From Monocercomonoides exilis PA203 (lineage: Eukaryota > Protista > Preaxostyla): a stretch of DNA of 64,000 nt. The notes under the pieces are model-generated. The model was not told the DNA's origin. It saw nothing but the letters and a program-made list of their open reading frames with translations, and did no database searches. Positions 37,668 to 48,900 of this stretch are shown here, in pieces. The first letter of the stretch is position 1. Each line of letters starts with the position of its first letter. The translations under genes were made by a program, and so were the position numbers. Where the stretch lies: contig LSRY02000045.1 in the NCBI GenBank assembly GCA_001643675.2, positions 124,001-188,000 on the forward strand, read 5' to 3'.

Positions 37668-39167
37668 TTAGTTGGAAGCTGTTGCTTTACAATCTGGACT
37701 TCGACCGAAGGAGCGGAAATCATATGTCTTGGACTCTCTTTTGGCCTGTGCCCTTGTGCGAATAATGAAAAAGTCCTTTTCTTCTGGTCTGTGCTGTTCA
37801 CTGTTCAATGCATCTCGGGTTCTATCATCGTCTCCTTGAGTTTGCAACTTCTTTCCTTTTGTCCTTTTCCTCCTGACAGTCTTCGTTTTCACCTCTGCCA
37901 CAAACTCCTCCATGGAAGCATCCACTTCTTCACTCTTTAATTCCTCTTCTGAAAGAGTTCCTTCATTGGCTTGTTCTCTTTTTTCTTCCTCTTCATCACT
38001 AACTATCGGACTATCATCCCTCCCGCAGTCACCAGTCTTCTGTTCCTTCATTGTTCCAGCAATTACTTGTGCCATTGACGATGCCAAATTAGTCCTGAAA
38101 TAGTGCTTAACAAGAGTGTTTGTCTTCGGCGATAGCCTTGCAAACTTAGCAACCTGTGAAGGCGGGATTCCTGCCATTGTTAATGTTGACAATGTTGCTG
38201 CCTTTAAAGAGTACGGCCTGAATCTCTGAGGAACTCCTGCTAGCTTCATTGCCTCCTTAGCTAACTTGCGGATACACGAGGCAGTCGGCGGCTCGAATGT
38301 TGCAGTATTGAGCAGAAGTTTGTTGCTGTTCTGTTTTTGTTTTACCAGGAAATACAAATCCCTAATTGCTGAAGCTGGACAAATAAGTGGGAGATCGGGA
38401 AGAAAAGGAACTGCAATCTCTGAACGTGTGTGTGATGTTTTCAACACTGTGTCCAAATATACACCTTCCTCTTCAAACCGAGAGTTTTCCATGTTGACGC
38501 GCTCCAGTTCTGTAAATCTGCAGGCAGAGAAGAGCATTGTTAATGTGATAACCTTCATTGTCAATGTCTTGAAAGATAACTTGTTGTTTGGGCCTAACTC
38601 GGTGAAGTATTTTAACAAAATATTCGGATTCCAAATCTCTGGAACCATCTTCTTTCTTGATGTGTCGTTTCTTCGGAATGCACGAAATAAAATCCTGATG
38701 ATAGCGATGTCTCCCAATGCAGTGTTGAAAGCAAGAACTGAATAAAATGACACTGCTGCCCTTACCATCTGTATAACAGAAACCTTGAATCCTCTATTCT
38801 TCATCGTTAAAAATACATCCGCGCATTTAACGGTCCAGTCCGGCAAGTTGTCTGGAATATGTCCATGGGCACACTTCTTCCACTGATCTGAAAAGTGCGC
38901 GAAACAGAATAAATACCACTCCCATGTTGTCTTTGCAATTCCAACCTTCCATTCCTTTGCGAGCTCCAAAGAAACACCCCTTTCATGAAGCGCATGCAGC
39001 CACTGGGCTTCACCTCTCTTCTTGATGGATTCAGCAGAATTGCTTTCAACTTCCCTGGAGGAAGGCAGGCTCCCGTTTTCTTCATCAATGGTCATTATCG
39101 AAGAATCTTGGAGCTGTAATTCAATTCCAAGCTGTAATAATTGCTCGTTCGAAGAAGGATGTCCCAA
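37668..39167 (-). CDS. DIRS tyrosine recombinase
   Basis: SACRFTEL (R), LKTS (K), PYSLKAA (HxxR position), LVKHY (Y nucleophile), plus an N-terminal SAM-like binding region (VRAAVS). Confidence 0.88.
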   Translation of the reverse strand: MGHPSSNEQLLQLGIELQLQDSSIMTIDEENGSLPSSREVESNSAESIKKRGEAQWLHALHERGVSLELAKEWKVGIAKTTWEWYLFCFAHFSDQWKKCAHGHIPDNLPDWTVKCADVFLTMKNRGFKVSVIQMVRAAVSFYSVLAFNTALGDIAIIRILFRAFRRNDTSRKKMVPEIWNPNILLKYFTELGPNNKLSFKTLTMKVITLTMLFSACRFTELERVNMENSRFEEEGVYLDTVLKTSHTRSEIAVPFLPDLPLICPASAIRDLYFLVKQKQNSNKLLLNTATFEPPTASCIRKLAKEAMKLAGVPQRFRPYSLKAATLSTLTMAGIPPSQVAKFARLSPKTNTLVKHYFRTNLASSMAQVIAGTMKEQKTGDCGRDDSPIVSDEEEEKREQANEGTLSEEELKSEEVDASMEEFVAEVKTKTVRRKRTKGKKLQTQGDDDRTRDALNSEQHRPEEKDFFIIRTRAQAKRESKTYDFRSFGRSPDCKATASN

Positions 39168-41275
39168 TTCTGACCCTTACAGCTCAGCAGGAAAATTATC
39201 GCTCGAGCTTTCTCCATCTGAGCCTTTCGTATTACCATCGGAATCAGAGGTGTCGGTGGATGAGCTAGAACACACTCGTTGTTCCAAGGAACTGTCAATC
39301 CATCTTCTGCAATTGGACTGCCTACTCCACACCATCTTTCCACTTTGTGATTGTGTTCCGATGCAAAAGCATCGAGAGTCGGTCTCACTTTCAACTGTGC
39401 AAGAAACTCTTCGAGTGCTTCGTCCTTTATTTCGTAATCGCCTGCCCTTTCCAATCGAGACAGCGCATCCGCTCTGTGGTTCTTTCTTCCTGGAAGATGT
39501 TGTGCTCTTATTATCAGATTCCTTGCCTCCGTCCATTTCCATATCTTGCGTAGCACTGGCCGAAGATTCTTCCCTGCACTCCAACGATTTATGTTGAAAA
39601 CCACTGAGCTGTTGTCCGATCGCAGCAACAGCTGGGATATTTTGTTTTCTTGAATTGTCTGCGAAAAATGGCGAAGCGCTTGCAAAACAGCTAGTTGTTC
39701 TCTGAAGTTGGACGATTGGCGACAGGCATTGTTGGGGAACTTGGCGTGCCAATCCATAATGTTGTTGTTCACTCTGAATGTTGCACACCATGCTGTTTCC
39801 GCAGCATCTGTCGTTAACACAGCCTGGGGAATAAACACTGGTTGTAATGGTCTCTGTCGATTCCGGCTCAATATCCATTGCCACTCCTGAATCTCCCTCA
39901 ACACTGAAGCATTCATCCTCATCACACCGCTCCATCCGTATGTCTTCACGTTCCTCTGTAGGAGACGATGATGAGCTGCAAGGTGAAGTGACGCATCCTG
40001 GTGTACGAATCTTACTGCGCTGAGCTTTCCAATTGCTGAGGCAAAATCCTTTATTCGAACTGTTTTGGCTCTTATTGCCTTCACTCTCCATTGACTCAGC
40101 ATCGCTTTGAGAGATCCCAACCTCTCCTCGCACAATTGAACCGTGAATGCTTCCGTGTCCCATGCAAACCCCAGAAAAGTGAACTTTCTCCTCGGGGTTG
40201 TTGAACATTTGTCCTTGTTGATAATCAAGCCCAGATTTTCCAAAAATCGAATCACCTCGCTTGTGATTTCTTTCAACATGTTGAAATCTTGATGCAGGAG
40301 AATCAGATCGTCCAAGTATGATATCACTCTCACGTTCCATTTTCTTTTGATTTCCGTTGTGACTTTCCTCATGACTTTTGTGAAATACCTTGGAGCATCT
40401 GTGTAGCCGAACGGCATGCCGTTGAAAGCATAATCGATGCCTTCGAACCTGAACGTAAGATAAGGTCTGAGTTCGTTTGAAACAGGAATTAGATAATAGG
40501 CTTGAGATAAATCCATTGTCACCGCGAAGTCGTTCATGCTTATTAATTTTTCGACAGTTCTTTCGTTCTCGCATTTGAAATGAGATTTCGTCATTGCAGC
40601 GTTTAGTATTCGGCAATCCAAAATCTGCCTCCAGGCTCCGGACTTCTTCCGAATGAGGAAAATATTGTTCCGAAATTTCACATCTTTGGGAGGAATTCTG
40701 CTCACAATCCCTGTTTCCAGCTGCTCCTTCAATTCCTTTCGAAAAGCAATTTTTTGGTTCATGCTCATTTGCGCTGCTCCGTCCATGATTTTCCTCTTTT
40801 CCAAACAATCTCTTGCCCTGCGATTGCGCCAATGAGCCTGGACTCCATTTTTGATTAATTTTCCTCCGTCTATTTTTCTCCATTCTTGTATATAGTCCGC
40901 TGTCCGACCTCCTATCTTTCCAGCTTTTAAAGTCCTTCTCGTCTGAGCTTGCTCTAATTCTTCTGCAGTCCCGCGGTTCGTCCTGTTGTGTTTTTCTTCC
41001 AATAATCTCTCCTTGGTCCTGCGCTCTTGAACGTCGACGACCGGGGACTTCCTTGAAAAAAGCGTTTTCTTCCAGATATTTGTGATGTCGGATGATATTT
41101 TTTGGAGAAGAATCCTTTTGGAGAAGAATAAATATATGAAGATCCCTGCTGCATCTTCTGCTCCTTTGAAAGCTCTTCCAAAATCTGTTCCTGACGCTTT
41201 GTTAGCAGGCCTCCTGATGGTTCCGAGTCCATCTTTTCCGCCGCGCGAAAACCGAATCTTCCTTCGATTCTGCAC
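39095..41275 (-). CDS. DIRS Pol: reverse transcriptase + RNase H + Dam-like methyltransferase domain
   Basis: RT motifs ILDCR, DLSQAYY, MPFG..APRYF, YLDD, FLG. RNase H motifs TDA, NFRE, SDN, HLPG..N..ADALSR. MT motifs DAFAS..N.K, DGL..PW, HPP. Confidence 0.95.
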   Translation of the reverse strand: MQNRRKIRFSRGGKDGLGTIRRPANKASGTDFGRAFKGAEDAAGIFIYLFFSKRILLQKISSDITNIWKKTLFSRKSPVVDVQERRTKERLLEEKHNRTNRGTAEELEQAQTRRTLKAGKIGGRTADYIQEWRKIDGGKLIKNGVQAHWRNRRARDCLEKRKIMDGAAQMSMNQKIAFRKELKEQLETGIVSRIPPKDVKFRNNIFLIRKKSGAWRQILDCRILNAAMTKSHFKCENERTVEKLISMNDFAVTMDLSQAYYLIPVSNELRPYLTFRFEGIDYAFNGMPFGYTDAPRYFTKVMRKVTTEIKRKWNVRVISYLDDLILLHQDFNMLKEITSEVIRFLENLGLIINKDKCSTTPRRKFTFLGFAWDTEAFTVQLCEERLGSLKAMLSQWRVKAIRAKTVRIKDFASAIGKLSAVRFVHQDASLHLAAHHRLLQRNVKTYGWSGVMRMNASVLREIQEWQWILSRNRQRPLQPVFIPQAVLTTDAAETAWCATFRVNNNIMDWHAKFPNNACRQSSNFREQLAVLQALRHFSQTIQENKISQLLLRSDNSSVVFNINRWSAGKNLRPVLRKIWKWTEARNLIIRAQHLPGRKNHRADALSRLERAGDYEIKDEALEEFLAQLKVRPTLDAFASEHNHKVERWCGVGSPIAEDGLTVPWNNECVLAHPPTPLIPMVIRKAQMEKARAIIFLLSCKGQNWDILLRTSNYYSLELNYSSKILR
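39177..40883 (-). CDS. 568-codon ORF overprinted on RT, in frame with the YR ORF
   Basis: Stop-free for 1.7 kb in a second frame; same frame as 37668-39167, separated by a single TAA. Confidence 0.5.
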   Translation of the reverse strand: MEKNRRRKINQKWSPGSLAQSQGKRLFGKEENHGRSSANEHEPKNCFSKGIEGAAGNRDCEQNSSQRCEISEQYFPHSEEVRSLEADFGLPNTKRCNDEISFQMRERKNCRKINKHERLRGDNGFISSLLSNSCFKRTQTLSYVQVRRHRLCFQRHAVRLHRCSKVFHKSHEESHNGNQKKMERESDIILGRSDSPASRFQHVERNHKRGDSIFGKSGLDYQQGQMFNNPEEKVHFSGVCMGHGSIHGSIVRGEVGISQSDAESMESEGNKSQNSSNKGFCLSNWKAQRSKIRTPGCVTSPCSSSSSPTEEREDIRMERCDEDECFSVEGDSGVAMDIEPESTETITTSVYSPGCVNDRCCGNSMVCNIQSEQQHYGLARQVPQQCLSPIVQLQRTTSCFASASPFFADNSRKQNIPAVAAIGQQLSGFQHKSLECREESSASATQDMEMDGGKESDNKSTTSSRKKEPQSGCAVSIGKGRRLRNKGRSTRRVSCTVESETDSRCFCIGTQSQSGKMVWSRQSNCRRWIDSSLEQRVCSSSSTDTSDSDGNTKGSDGESSSDNFPAEL

Positions 41276-41808
41276 TTCCTCGCTTCATGAAGTGCTTGAG
41301 AAACTATTAGTATTGCATCCTTGATCATCTGTTCGCGGCTCTCTTTCTCGTCGCTCTTGATTTGAATAGACATTAGTAACGCCTTGAATGCTGGATATAA
41401 AAATTTTTCAACCCGTTCGCCTGCTTTATCCAAAGCATCCCTGTACCAAAAAGATGTTTTGCTTGCTGCTGGGGGTGATGCTTGTAATACCGGGCTGAAG
41501 TCCTGTTCGTTGTAACAAGTCGCAATATCTTCCACAATTGCCTTAGAAATTCTGACATCAAACAGAGAGGTTGTTGGCTCAACACCAAATATTGATTTGA
41601 ACAAATCATCAATAGATAGAGAATCTGAAGCTTGATGAACGATAGGCGAAGGTTGAAGCTCTAATTCAGCGTGAGAAAAGATATTCGAAGAAGCTGTTGG
41701 TATCTGTGAGCTACTGCATTGGGAACTCGTTGGCCCACTGATTTGCATAGCAGAACCAGAAGAAGGTGCGAGCCCGGCTTGCAATGGAGTTTGCGGGGTG
41801 CTAAACAT
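40954..41808 (-). CDS. DIRS ORF1 (gag-like)
   Basis: ATG 13 nt inside the 5' ITR; overlaps the start of the Pol frame; basic C-terminus. Assigned by position. Confidence 0.75.
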   Translation of the reverse strand: MFSTPQTPLQAGLAPSSGSAMQISGPTSSQCSSSQIPTASSNIFSHAELELQPSPIVHQASDSLSIDDLFKSIFGVEPTTSLFDVRISKAIVEDIATCYNEQDFSPVLQASPPAASKTSFWYRDALDKAGERVEKFLYPAFKALLMSIQIKSDEKESREQMIKDAILIVSQALHEARKCRIEGRFGFRAAEKMDSEPSGGLLTKRQEQILEELSKEQKMQQGSSYIYSSPKGFFSKKYHPTSQISGRKRFFQGSPRSSTFKSAGPRRDYWKKNTTGRTAGLQKN

Positions 41809-41821
41809 TTTTGATCACGAA

Positions 41822-41895
41822 AAGTGACATGACTCATAAAGTGGCATCTCTCTCAACAAGAAGAGAAGAAATTGAATGGAAGTTTTCTTTTCTAA
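41822..41895. repeat. 5' inverted terminal repeat of the DIRS element
   Basis: aagtgacatgactcataaagtggc...gttttcttttctaa. Confidence 0.92.
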
Positions 41896-43225
41896 TCAAA
41901 ATCCAGTCTCTTTCAAATTATCATTTATCGTTGTCATCATTATCGTTTGTTGATTTGAGATTTGGGTGATTTCTTTTTGACATCACACTTTTTCAATCAT
42001 AAGAATTCGTTTCGATAAATCAATTTGAATAGCATGAAGATGAAACCAAACAGAACCATTGATGAGTTTCTATTTGTTTTCAGATTGTTGTTTTTCAGTT
42101 GTTTTCAATGATTCAATAATTGATCATTTCAATCCACTGAACATTTCATTGCAATCTGTTAGACCCAATGATAGAATGTTGGTTATTATTGGAGAACAGA
42201 ATTTTCATTTTTGATTTCAAAAATACTCACCCATTTTCAAGAGTTAATCTCAAAACACAAATTCATTTTGACTTTTGTTTTGAAATTTGAGGTTATTGAT
42301 GGACTGTTTTTCATATTTGATATTGCACAATGATTCAACAATTTTTTAATCTTTATGAATGAACTGAAACGTCTTTTTCTTTAATGTTTCTTTTTGTATT
42401 TTCTTGATTGATAATATGAATTAATCTTGAAATCATTGGAGTAAAGAGCTTATTTCATTTATATTTGATTAAGAATTATATTCGTTTATTATTGTAAAAA
42501 TTCAATGATACACATATTAATGGATTTTGTTTTGCATTAAAGAAAAAAAATACATGTGCTATTTGAAGTGATGTTAATCGTTATTTCAATTCAGTTTTTT
42601 TAATGAAATCAATATTCAAAAAAAAAAAAAAAAGAAAAGAGAAATTGGAATTTCATTTAAACGTTAAAAACAAATATCCAAATGATCACTCAGAAAAATA
42701 CAAAAAGAAATATTTTAGAAAAAGAAGATGTTCCAGTTCATTCATAAAAGGAAAAAACTGTTGAAAAATTGTTCAAAATAAAACACTAAATAGTTGATGA
42801 TTCTCATCAAATTTCAAAATGAATGTCAAAATGAAATTGGATTTTGAGATTAACTCTTGAAAATGGGTGAGTATTTTTGAAATCAAAAATGAAAATTCTG
42901 TTCTCCAATAATAACCAACATTCTATCATTGGGTCTAACAAATGGCAATGAAATGTTCAGTGGATTGAAATGATCAATTATTGAATCATTGAAAACAACT
43001 GAAAAACAACAATCTGAAAACAAATAAAAACTCATCAATGGTTCTGTTTGGTTTCATCTTCAGGATCATCAAATTGATTTATCGAAATGAATTCTTATGA
43101 TAGAAAAAGTGTGATGTCAAAAAGGAATCACCCAAATCTCAAATCAACAAACGATAATGATGACAATAATAAATGATAATTTGAAAGAGGCCAAATTTTG
43201 ACAATCAAATTACTGAATAAATAAA

Positions 43226-43270
43226 CAAGACAAGACAAGACAAGACAAGACAAGATAAGATAAGATAAGA
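43226..43270 (+). repeat. Pentanucleotide microsatellite (caaga)6(taaga)3
   Basis: Read directly. Confidence 0.9.
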
Positions 43271-44081
43271 GGTGAGAAATCAATTCTGAAATAAATAAAT
43301 CATCAACATGGACAATGACAGTTTTATTTTGTGAAGGGTCAAGAGAATTTTGTTGAAAAATTAAAAGTTATTAACAAGAAAATCAAATTTCAAAATATCT
43401 TTGATTTTAAGAGAAAAGAAATTGAATATCGAATCCTATTTTGTTTGAAACATTCATTCAACAAATTGAATGTCAAAAGAACATATTTTTATGAAAATAT
43501 TTCATTTGTATTTCTTCTGAATAATAAACGGTGAAAAGGCTCATTTGTGAATTTATGAGTATTTGAATATTGTGAAAAAAAAGATTTGTTTGAAGAAATG
43601 ATATTCTGGCCAAGTGTTACAAATGTTCCGTTGCTATTTAAATAACTATTTTTTTTCGAAAATAAATAAAAACAAAAGACAAATTTGTTCAAAGTTATTT
43701 CCTTTTTATGGAAATATTGAATATTAAAATAATAATAATAACATCTTTTAAATATATGTTTTTTTCAAAAAATATCAAGTGAAAATGAAACGAATCAATG
43801 AAAATTATTCATTTCGAGTTGATGCAAATATTCAACCAATGCACATTTCAAATAATTCAATAAAAACAAAACAAAAAAAGAACTAAAAACAATTGTTGTT
43901 TATCCAAAATATCTTCATCATTTCATTCACTTTCATATTCAATAAATAAAATAAAGGAAACAATAAACATTAATTCCAAACGTGCCTTCAAAGAAAAGAA
44001 TGAATGCATCTTGGCCATCTGCATTTAGCTTATGAATCCCTCAATTTTGAATTAAAAAAAAAAAAAAAAATTATTTGACAA

Positions 44082-45906
44082 GTGCTGACAATGCCTTTCA
44101 ACAACATCAACTGTCTTATTTTTTTTTTCAACAATAAAATCTTGACAAAAATGACAATCCTTTCAACAACAATGATAAAAATAAAAAGAGGAGGAGAAAG
44201 CGCTTTCGGAGGAAAAGTTGCATTTCTCTTCTTTTTGCATTTCTTCAGCGCCATTCTTCCATTGCTCGTCATATCCCTTGCGTCACGCTCTCTATTGGTC
44301 TTTTCTAACGTCTCAGCTAAACTATTGGATTCTTCATCTATAATCAATTTCCTTTATGAAACCTTCTGCCTTCGCTGGACAGCCCTTCGTCTTCGTTGGC
44401 TACCTCAAATACCTCGTTTGTCAGGTGCTATCGGTCTCAGAATGTTGCAATCAGTGGAAGTGAAGGGAATCCATCGAAACCAGGGAGACAGCAGATAGCA
44501 GACAATGGGGCGAATTCATTCACTTGGTGTGTGTGGAATGGGTCAAAAACCACTGGAACAAGTGGTTCTTATTCGGATGGGATATCGAGTGGAGGGGCGA
44601 TTAACATGTATAATCTGGGATCGGGAACGCTTTCAGTGAAATTTTGTTCCTTCAATGATTGCTATGCGCATTATGGCGGTGGTGGTATTATGTGCCGTGA
44701 GATCAGTTCAATAAATATTGAGAACAATTCGTTCAATGCTTGTATCGCAAAAAATTATTATGGAGGAGGAATGTATGCTTATTCGATTTCGTCATGCGTC
44801 AGGATCAGTGGGTGCAAATTCCAGAAATGTTCTGCAAAATATAATGGAGGAGGACTTTATCTCGATTATTTTAATGTTTCTGGATCTTCCTGCATTGGAA
44901 CAGAAAACGGCAAAGGAGAGAGCGCTTGTGTGTTTGAGTGCTCATTCACTTCATGTACACTTTCGAGCACCAGCGGAGGGGGGATGTTTTGTTACAATGT
45001 TCCATCTGCATTCAAAATGCGGAGCCTCCAATTTATTTCTTGCTCAGCAGTGTCGTATGGCGGAGGATTGTACTTTTATACGTCTCAAACAACAGCCCCG
45101 GCCAACAACATTTATTGCTATTTTCTCTTCTTCCATGATTGCAGTTGCAGTAATTCTACTCCATATGGCCACGATGTGTATTTTCAAGATTATTATAATC
45201 TCTTTTCATCGAATAACCCATTCTACGAATCGTATACAACGAATAACAATGATACAAGAGTGTGTTATAGATATGTGCAATCAAGCAGTTGGACGTATCA
45301 GCATACAGAAAAGAAGGGATGGTTGAAGGACAAAACAATATATGTTGGGGTGAGTGGAGATGACACAAACAATCTGTGTGGGATGAGTGAGTCTGCACCG
45401 TGCAAGACAGTGGGGCATGCAGTGGGGTCAAGCATGGCGCAGCTGAGCTCGACAATCACGTTGCTGAGTGGGAGGCATGTGAGTGAAGGGACAACAATCA
45501 GTGTTTGGGAAAAGGAGATTTCTGTTGTTGGGAGAGGGAAGACAGTGAGTGTGATTGGGACGAATTCTCTTTCTTCAATTTCAACGATGCTGTTCAGTGT
45601 GACGGATGGGCAGTTGGAGTCGAAACATTTTTGCTGGCTGAAATAACGGCAAATCCCAGGTCTGAAGGAGAGCGTCCAATAAAATCATCCGTATTTGCGC
45701 TGGCGCTGCCACAGCTGCCAATAACTGCATTTGAGATGAAAAAACAAAATTCTGCTGCAGCTCCTCGTCTCCCGCCGCACCCCTCCCAGTCCCTGTTTCT
45801 TTTGCTTTCATCCCCTTCTCCGCTGTTTTGGCAAGCCCAGGCGCCCGGATCATCGAAAAATTCTTCTGTTGCGAAACATCCCCAGCTGCGCCCTGCTGAG
45901 AAATAA
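44082..45906 (+). pseudogene. Cassette A4: beta-helix ORF 44396-45646; leader and tail frameshifted
   Basis: Leader ORF 44082-44498 leaves the body frame at about 44350; same motif set. Confidence 0.75.
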
Positions 45907-48900
45907 AATACGGAAAAATAGAAATAAAAAAAGGTGTAACACGTTAACGGCTCCCTCGAGAGGCAAGCAAAATGGCACACCTCCACCAGCCTGGCAGATT
46001 AGATAACATTCTGAAAGGAAACAACGCCACCCACCGGCACCAGACTGCCCCACAAGCCCACTCATGCAACCCCACCACAACATTTTGCAGGCACAGCGCA
46101 TAGAAAGAGGCATCACAAACATGCTCCATGTGCAGGCACAGCCATCTGGCCGATAAATCGCTGCCCCATTTCCCAGACACCCCAGAGGCTCAGCACCCGT
46201 ACCACCCCAAGGATCGAATCACATCCCTCAGAGGATGCCGTGCACCGTGTTTGCTTCAGGCTGCAAAACTTCTCTCAACACGCTTTCCGCTTTTTTCTGT
46301 TTTCATTTGATCTGATTGCATAAACCAATTCCTCAATCAATTTGAAAAATGAATTTTTTTTGTAATTGTAAATATATTTTGAATAATATTTATCAAACAG
46401 AAAAATGCCATTTCCCCTGGTTTCTGTGTGTCCAGGCTCCCCCAAATCCATTTTCTCAGCCTTCACAAAAGAATTCATTTGCCCTGGCTCCTTCACAAAG
46501 GCAATAATGTGTATTCATTCCCTTGCATTTTTTCACACAGGGGAATGTCACGCAAACAGACAGATATAAATATGTTTTGAATGAAACTGAGCGAAAAAGA
46601 AATCAACAATGTGAATGAAAACAAAACAGAGAATAATGTGCTTGAAATTTATCTGAAAAATTACAAGATATTTTTTTTTGTGAATTTTCAAGGATATTCT
46701 CAATCCCTTCATGCATATCACAATTCAAATACCTCCCTTTCCTTCACCTTCCTTCTCTTGTTCCAACAAGCTCCACACCCTCCATATGCTCTCCATCTCC
46801 CTCTTCTTTCTTCTCCCTTCCAAATACACAACTGCCCCTCAACCTCTCTCAACAAACACATCTGCTCCATGGGGCATATGCCCATCAAGCATCCTTTCCT
46901 CCGCTTCATCCTCACCCCCCTCCAACAACTGCCTGCCACTCACCATCCCCTCTCATTTCTTCTGTCTGCTTCTCTCATCCTTTCTGCTCCAAAACACACA
47001 GCATCCATCACAACCATCAACATTGCCAACAACCTTGCTGAGCGTGGAGTCATCACACCCACAAACACTCCTCACCCCGTTTCATTTGCCCAGCCACACC
47101 ATTCTCTCCTCACCTTTCGTCTTCTTCACCCAACTTTCCATTCCATCTCAATCCCTGCCTCTCTGTTTTTCTTCTTTCCAACTCCCTTCCAAAGACCCCT
47201 CCAAGCAGACTGCCAACTGCCCCTTCCATCACCTTCCTCTTCCTCTTCTTCTTCCTCATTGCAAAGCAACACATCTCCATCACTCCCAACAACATCCAGC
47301 CCCCCTCTTTTTGCTCATTCACAGACACACATTCCCCAAAAAACACAAATATCAAAAGGGAATGCCAAAGGCAATGCAACCTCCTCCGCACACATTTTCC
47401 AACGTGATCGTTGATGAGCAGCCACACCACAAGGCTGGCAATAACTCATATAAAAAAAGGATTTATTAAGCAATTTTCACTTCTTTCTCTTCCCCTCACA
47501 AACTGAGTTTCATCCGCCATTCCTCCTTGCTCTTTCACCTTCATTTCCCTCTGCTCCCTTCTCCCAACTCGTTCTGAACGAGACATCTCATTCCTCCATC
47601 ACCCTCAAAAACCTTTCTATTTCTCCATTCTCCACAAATGTTTCCTTCCATTTCCCCAGATGTCTGATTGCAAAAGAAAACAAACTGCATGAACCAGCCC
47701 CACCATTTCTATCAAAAAATTCATCTTTCCATATCCTTAAATATATTCAAAACCATCACTCATTCCAAATGGAACACATATATGAATTGAGACATATGAG
47801 AAGAACAAAGAATGCAAATCCTGCTCAAAATCCACTCAGACACGTCAACTGACAATTCAATCCTTATTCGGTTCACAGAACTTCTTTGACAATCCCAATC
47901 AAAAAATATCCATCTTGTTGTCTTTCCTTCTGATTCAAATAAGACTTCATATGCACTGATTCAAAATAATTCCTCTGCTCATTTTTCGACTTATAATTCT
48001 TCTTTTCTTTCCATCCCTTTCCATGGACTCACAACCATGATGATCACCAAAGTGCTTGCGTTTCTAACCTTGCTGACTCCAATTCAAAAACCAAGAGCTT
48101 TGTGATATTTCCTTCCATCAACAAAAAGGTCTGATAAAAAACAATCCTACTCATTCTGATTGTTTGATTTTCACACTGGACTCAGATGAATCTTCTCAAC
48201 AATGTTGATGAAGATAACAAATAGAAGCAGAAGAAGAAGAAGATGATAGAATGGCAGAAAAAGAGAGATTTCAGGGCAAGATAAATGCCTTTCTAACACA
48301 AGAAAATCATCTTGTTTTATCTCTTTGGGTGGTTGAGGGATGTTGATCCAATTTCCCAGATCGAGTATTGGAGAATATGAAGAAGAAGAAAACACGTTTG
48401 AAAACATGGAAAGCGAAGATGATGCACAAGTGAAAAAGTGAATTTTGATGGATAAAAATTATCCACTTGTATCTGCATCGGATTTCACAATAAAATTGAA
48501 AGATGACACCAATATGAGAAGAATGACAGAATTGTTCTAAAGAGCAACAATGTTGTGAAATGAACAAAACAAGATTTGGTGATTTTTTTCCTTTTCCTTC
48601 ACTTTTCAACAAAAAACCATTTATTCAGGGGATTGGCAGGATATGTCGCAATCCAGGTGCTGAATGATAAATAAATACATTGTTGACATTTTCTCCCTCT
48701 AATTATCTCATGCTCATCATGAGCACCAGACAGCTGCCAAAAGTTTGAAATCAATTTCTTTTCTGCTCATTTGGCACACAAATAACAAGAATTGGCAAGG
48801 TTATTGAGCTGCCCCACAAACAATCCCCTGTCCCCATTTCTCTTCCAGCCTCTGCCCTTTCAACCAAAATACTTCAAATTGAATCCTCTTTCATTCATCA

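Larger units (their letters stand above)
37366..41895 (-). mobile_element. DIRS-type (tyrosine-recombinase) retrotransposon, 4530 bp
   Basis: 74-bp ITRs, gag - RT/RH/MT - YR order, and an ICR near the 3' end: the canonical DIRS-1 architecture. Confidence 0.95.
33050..46330. repeat. Giant palindrome P3 (head-to-head A3/A4) with a composite centre; homology extends further out through block B
   Basis: 33732-35102- mirrors 44396-45646+; 33923-34222+ and 45156-45455- are identical translations. Confidence 0.9.

Noticed and set aside
39095-41275. Diversity-generating retroelement (RT next to variable repeats)
   Set aside because: The RT is DIRS-type with RNase H, MT and YR. Cassette differences are not adenine-specific, and no TR/VR pair is visible.
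36889-42370. DIRS ITRs of about 550 bp
   Set aside because: The ICR marks the termini at 37366/41895, and the outer sequence exists uninterrupted at empty sites (about 36060, 43200), so it is host DNA.
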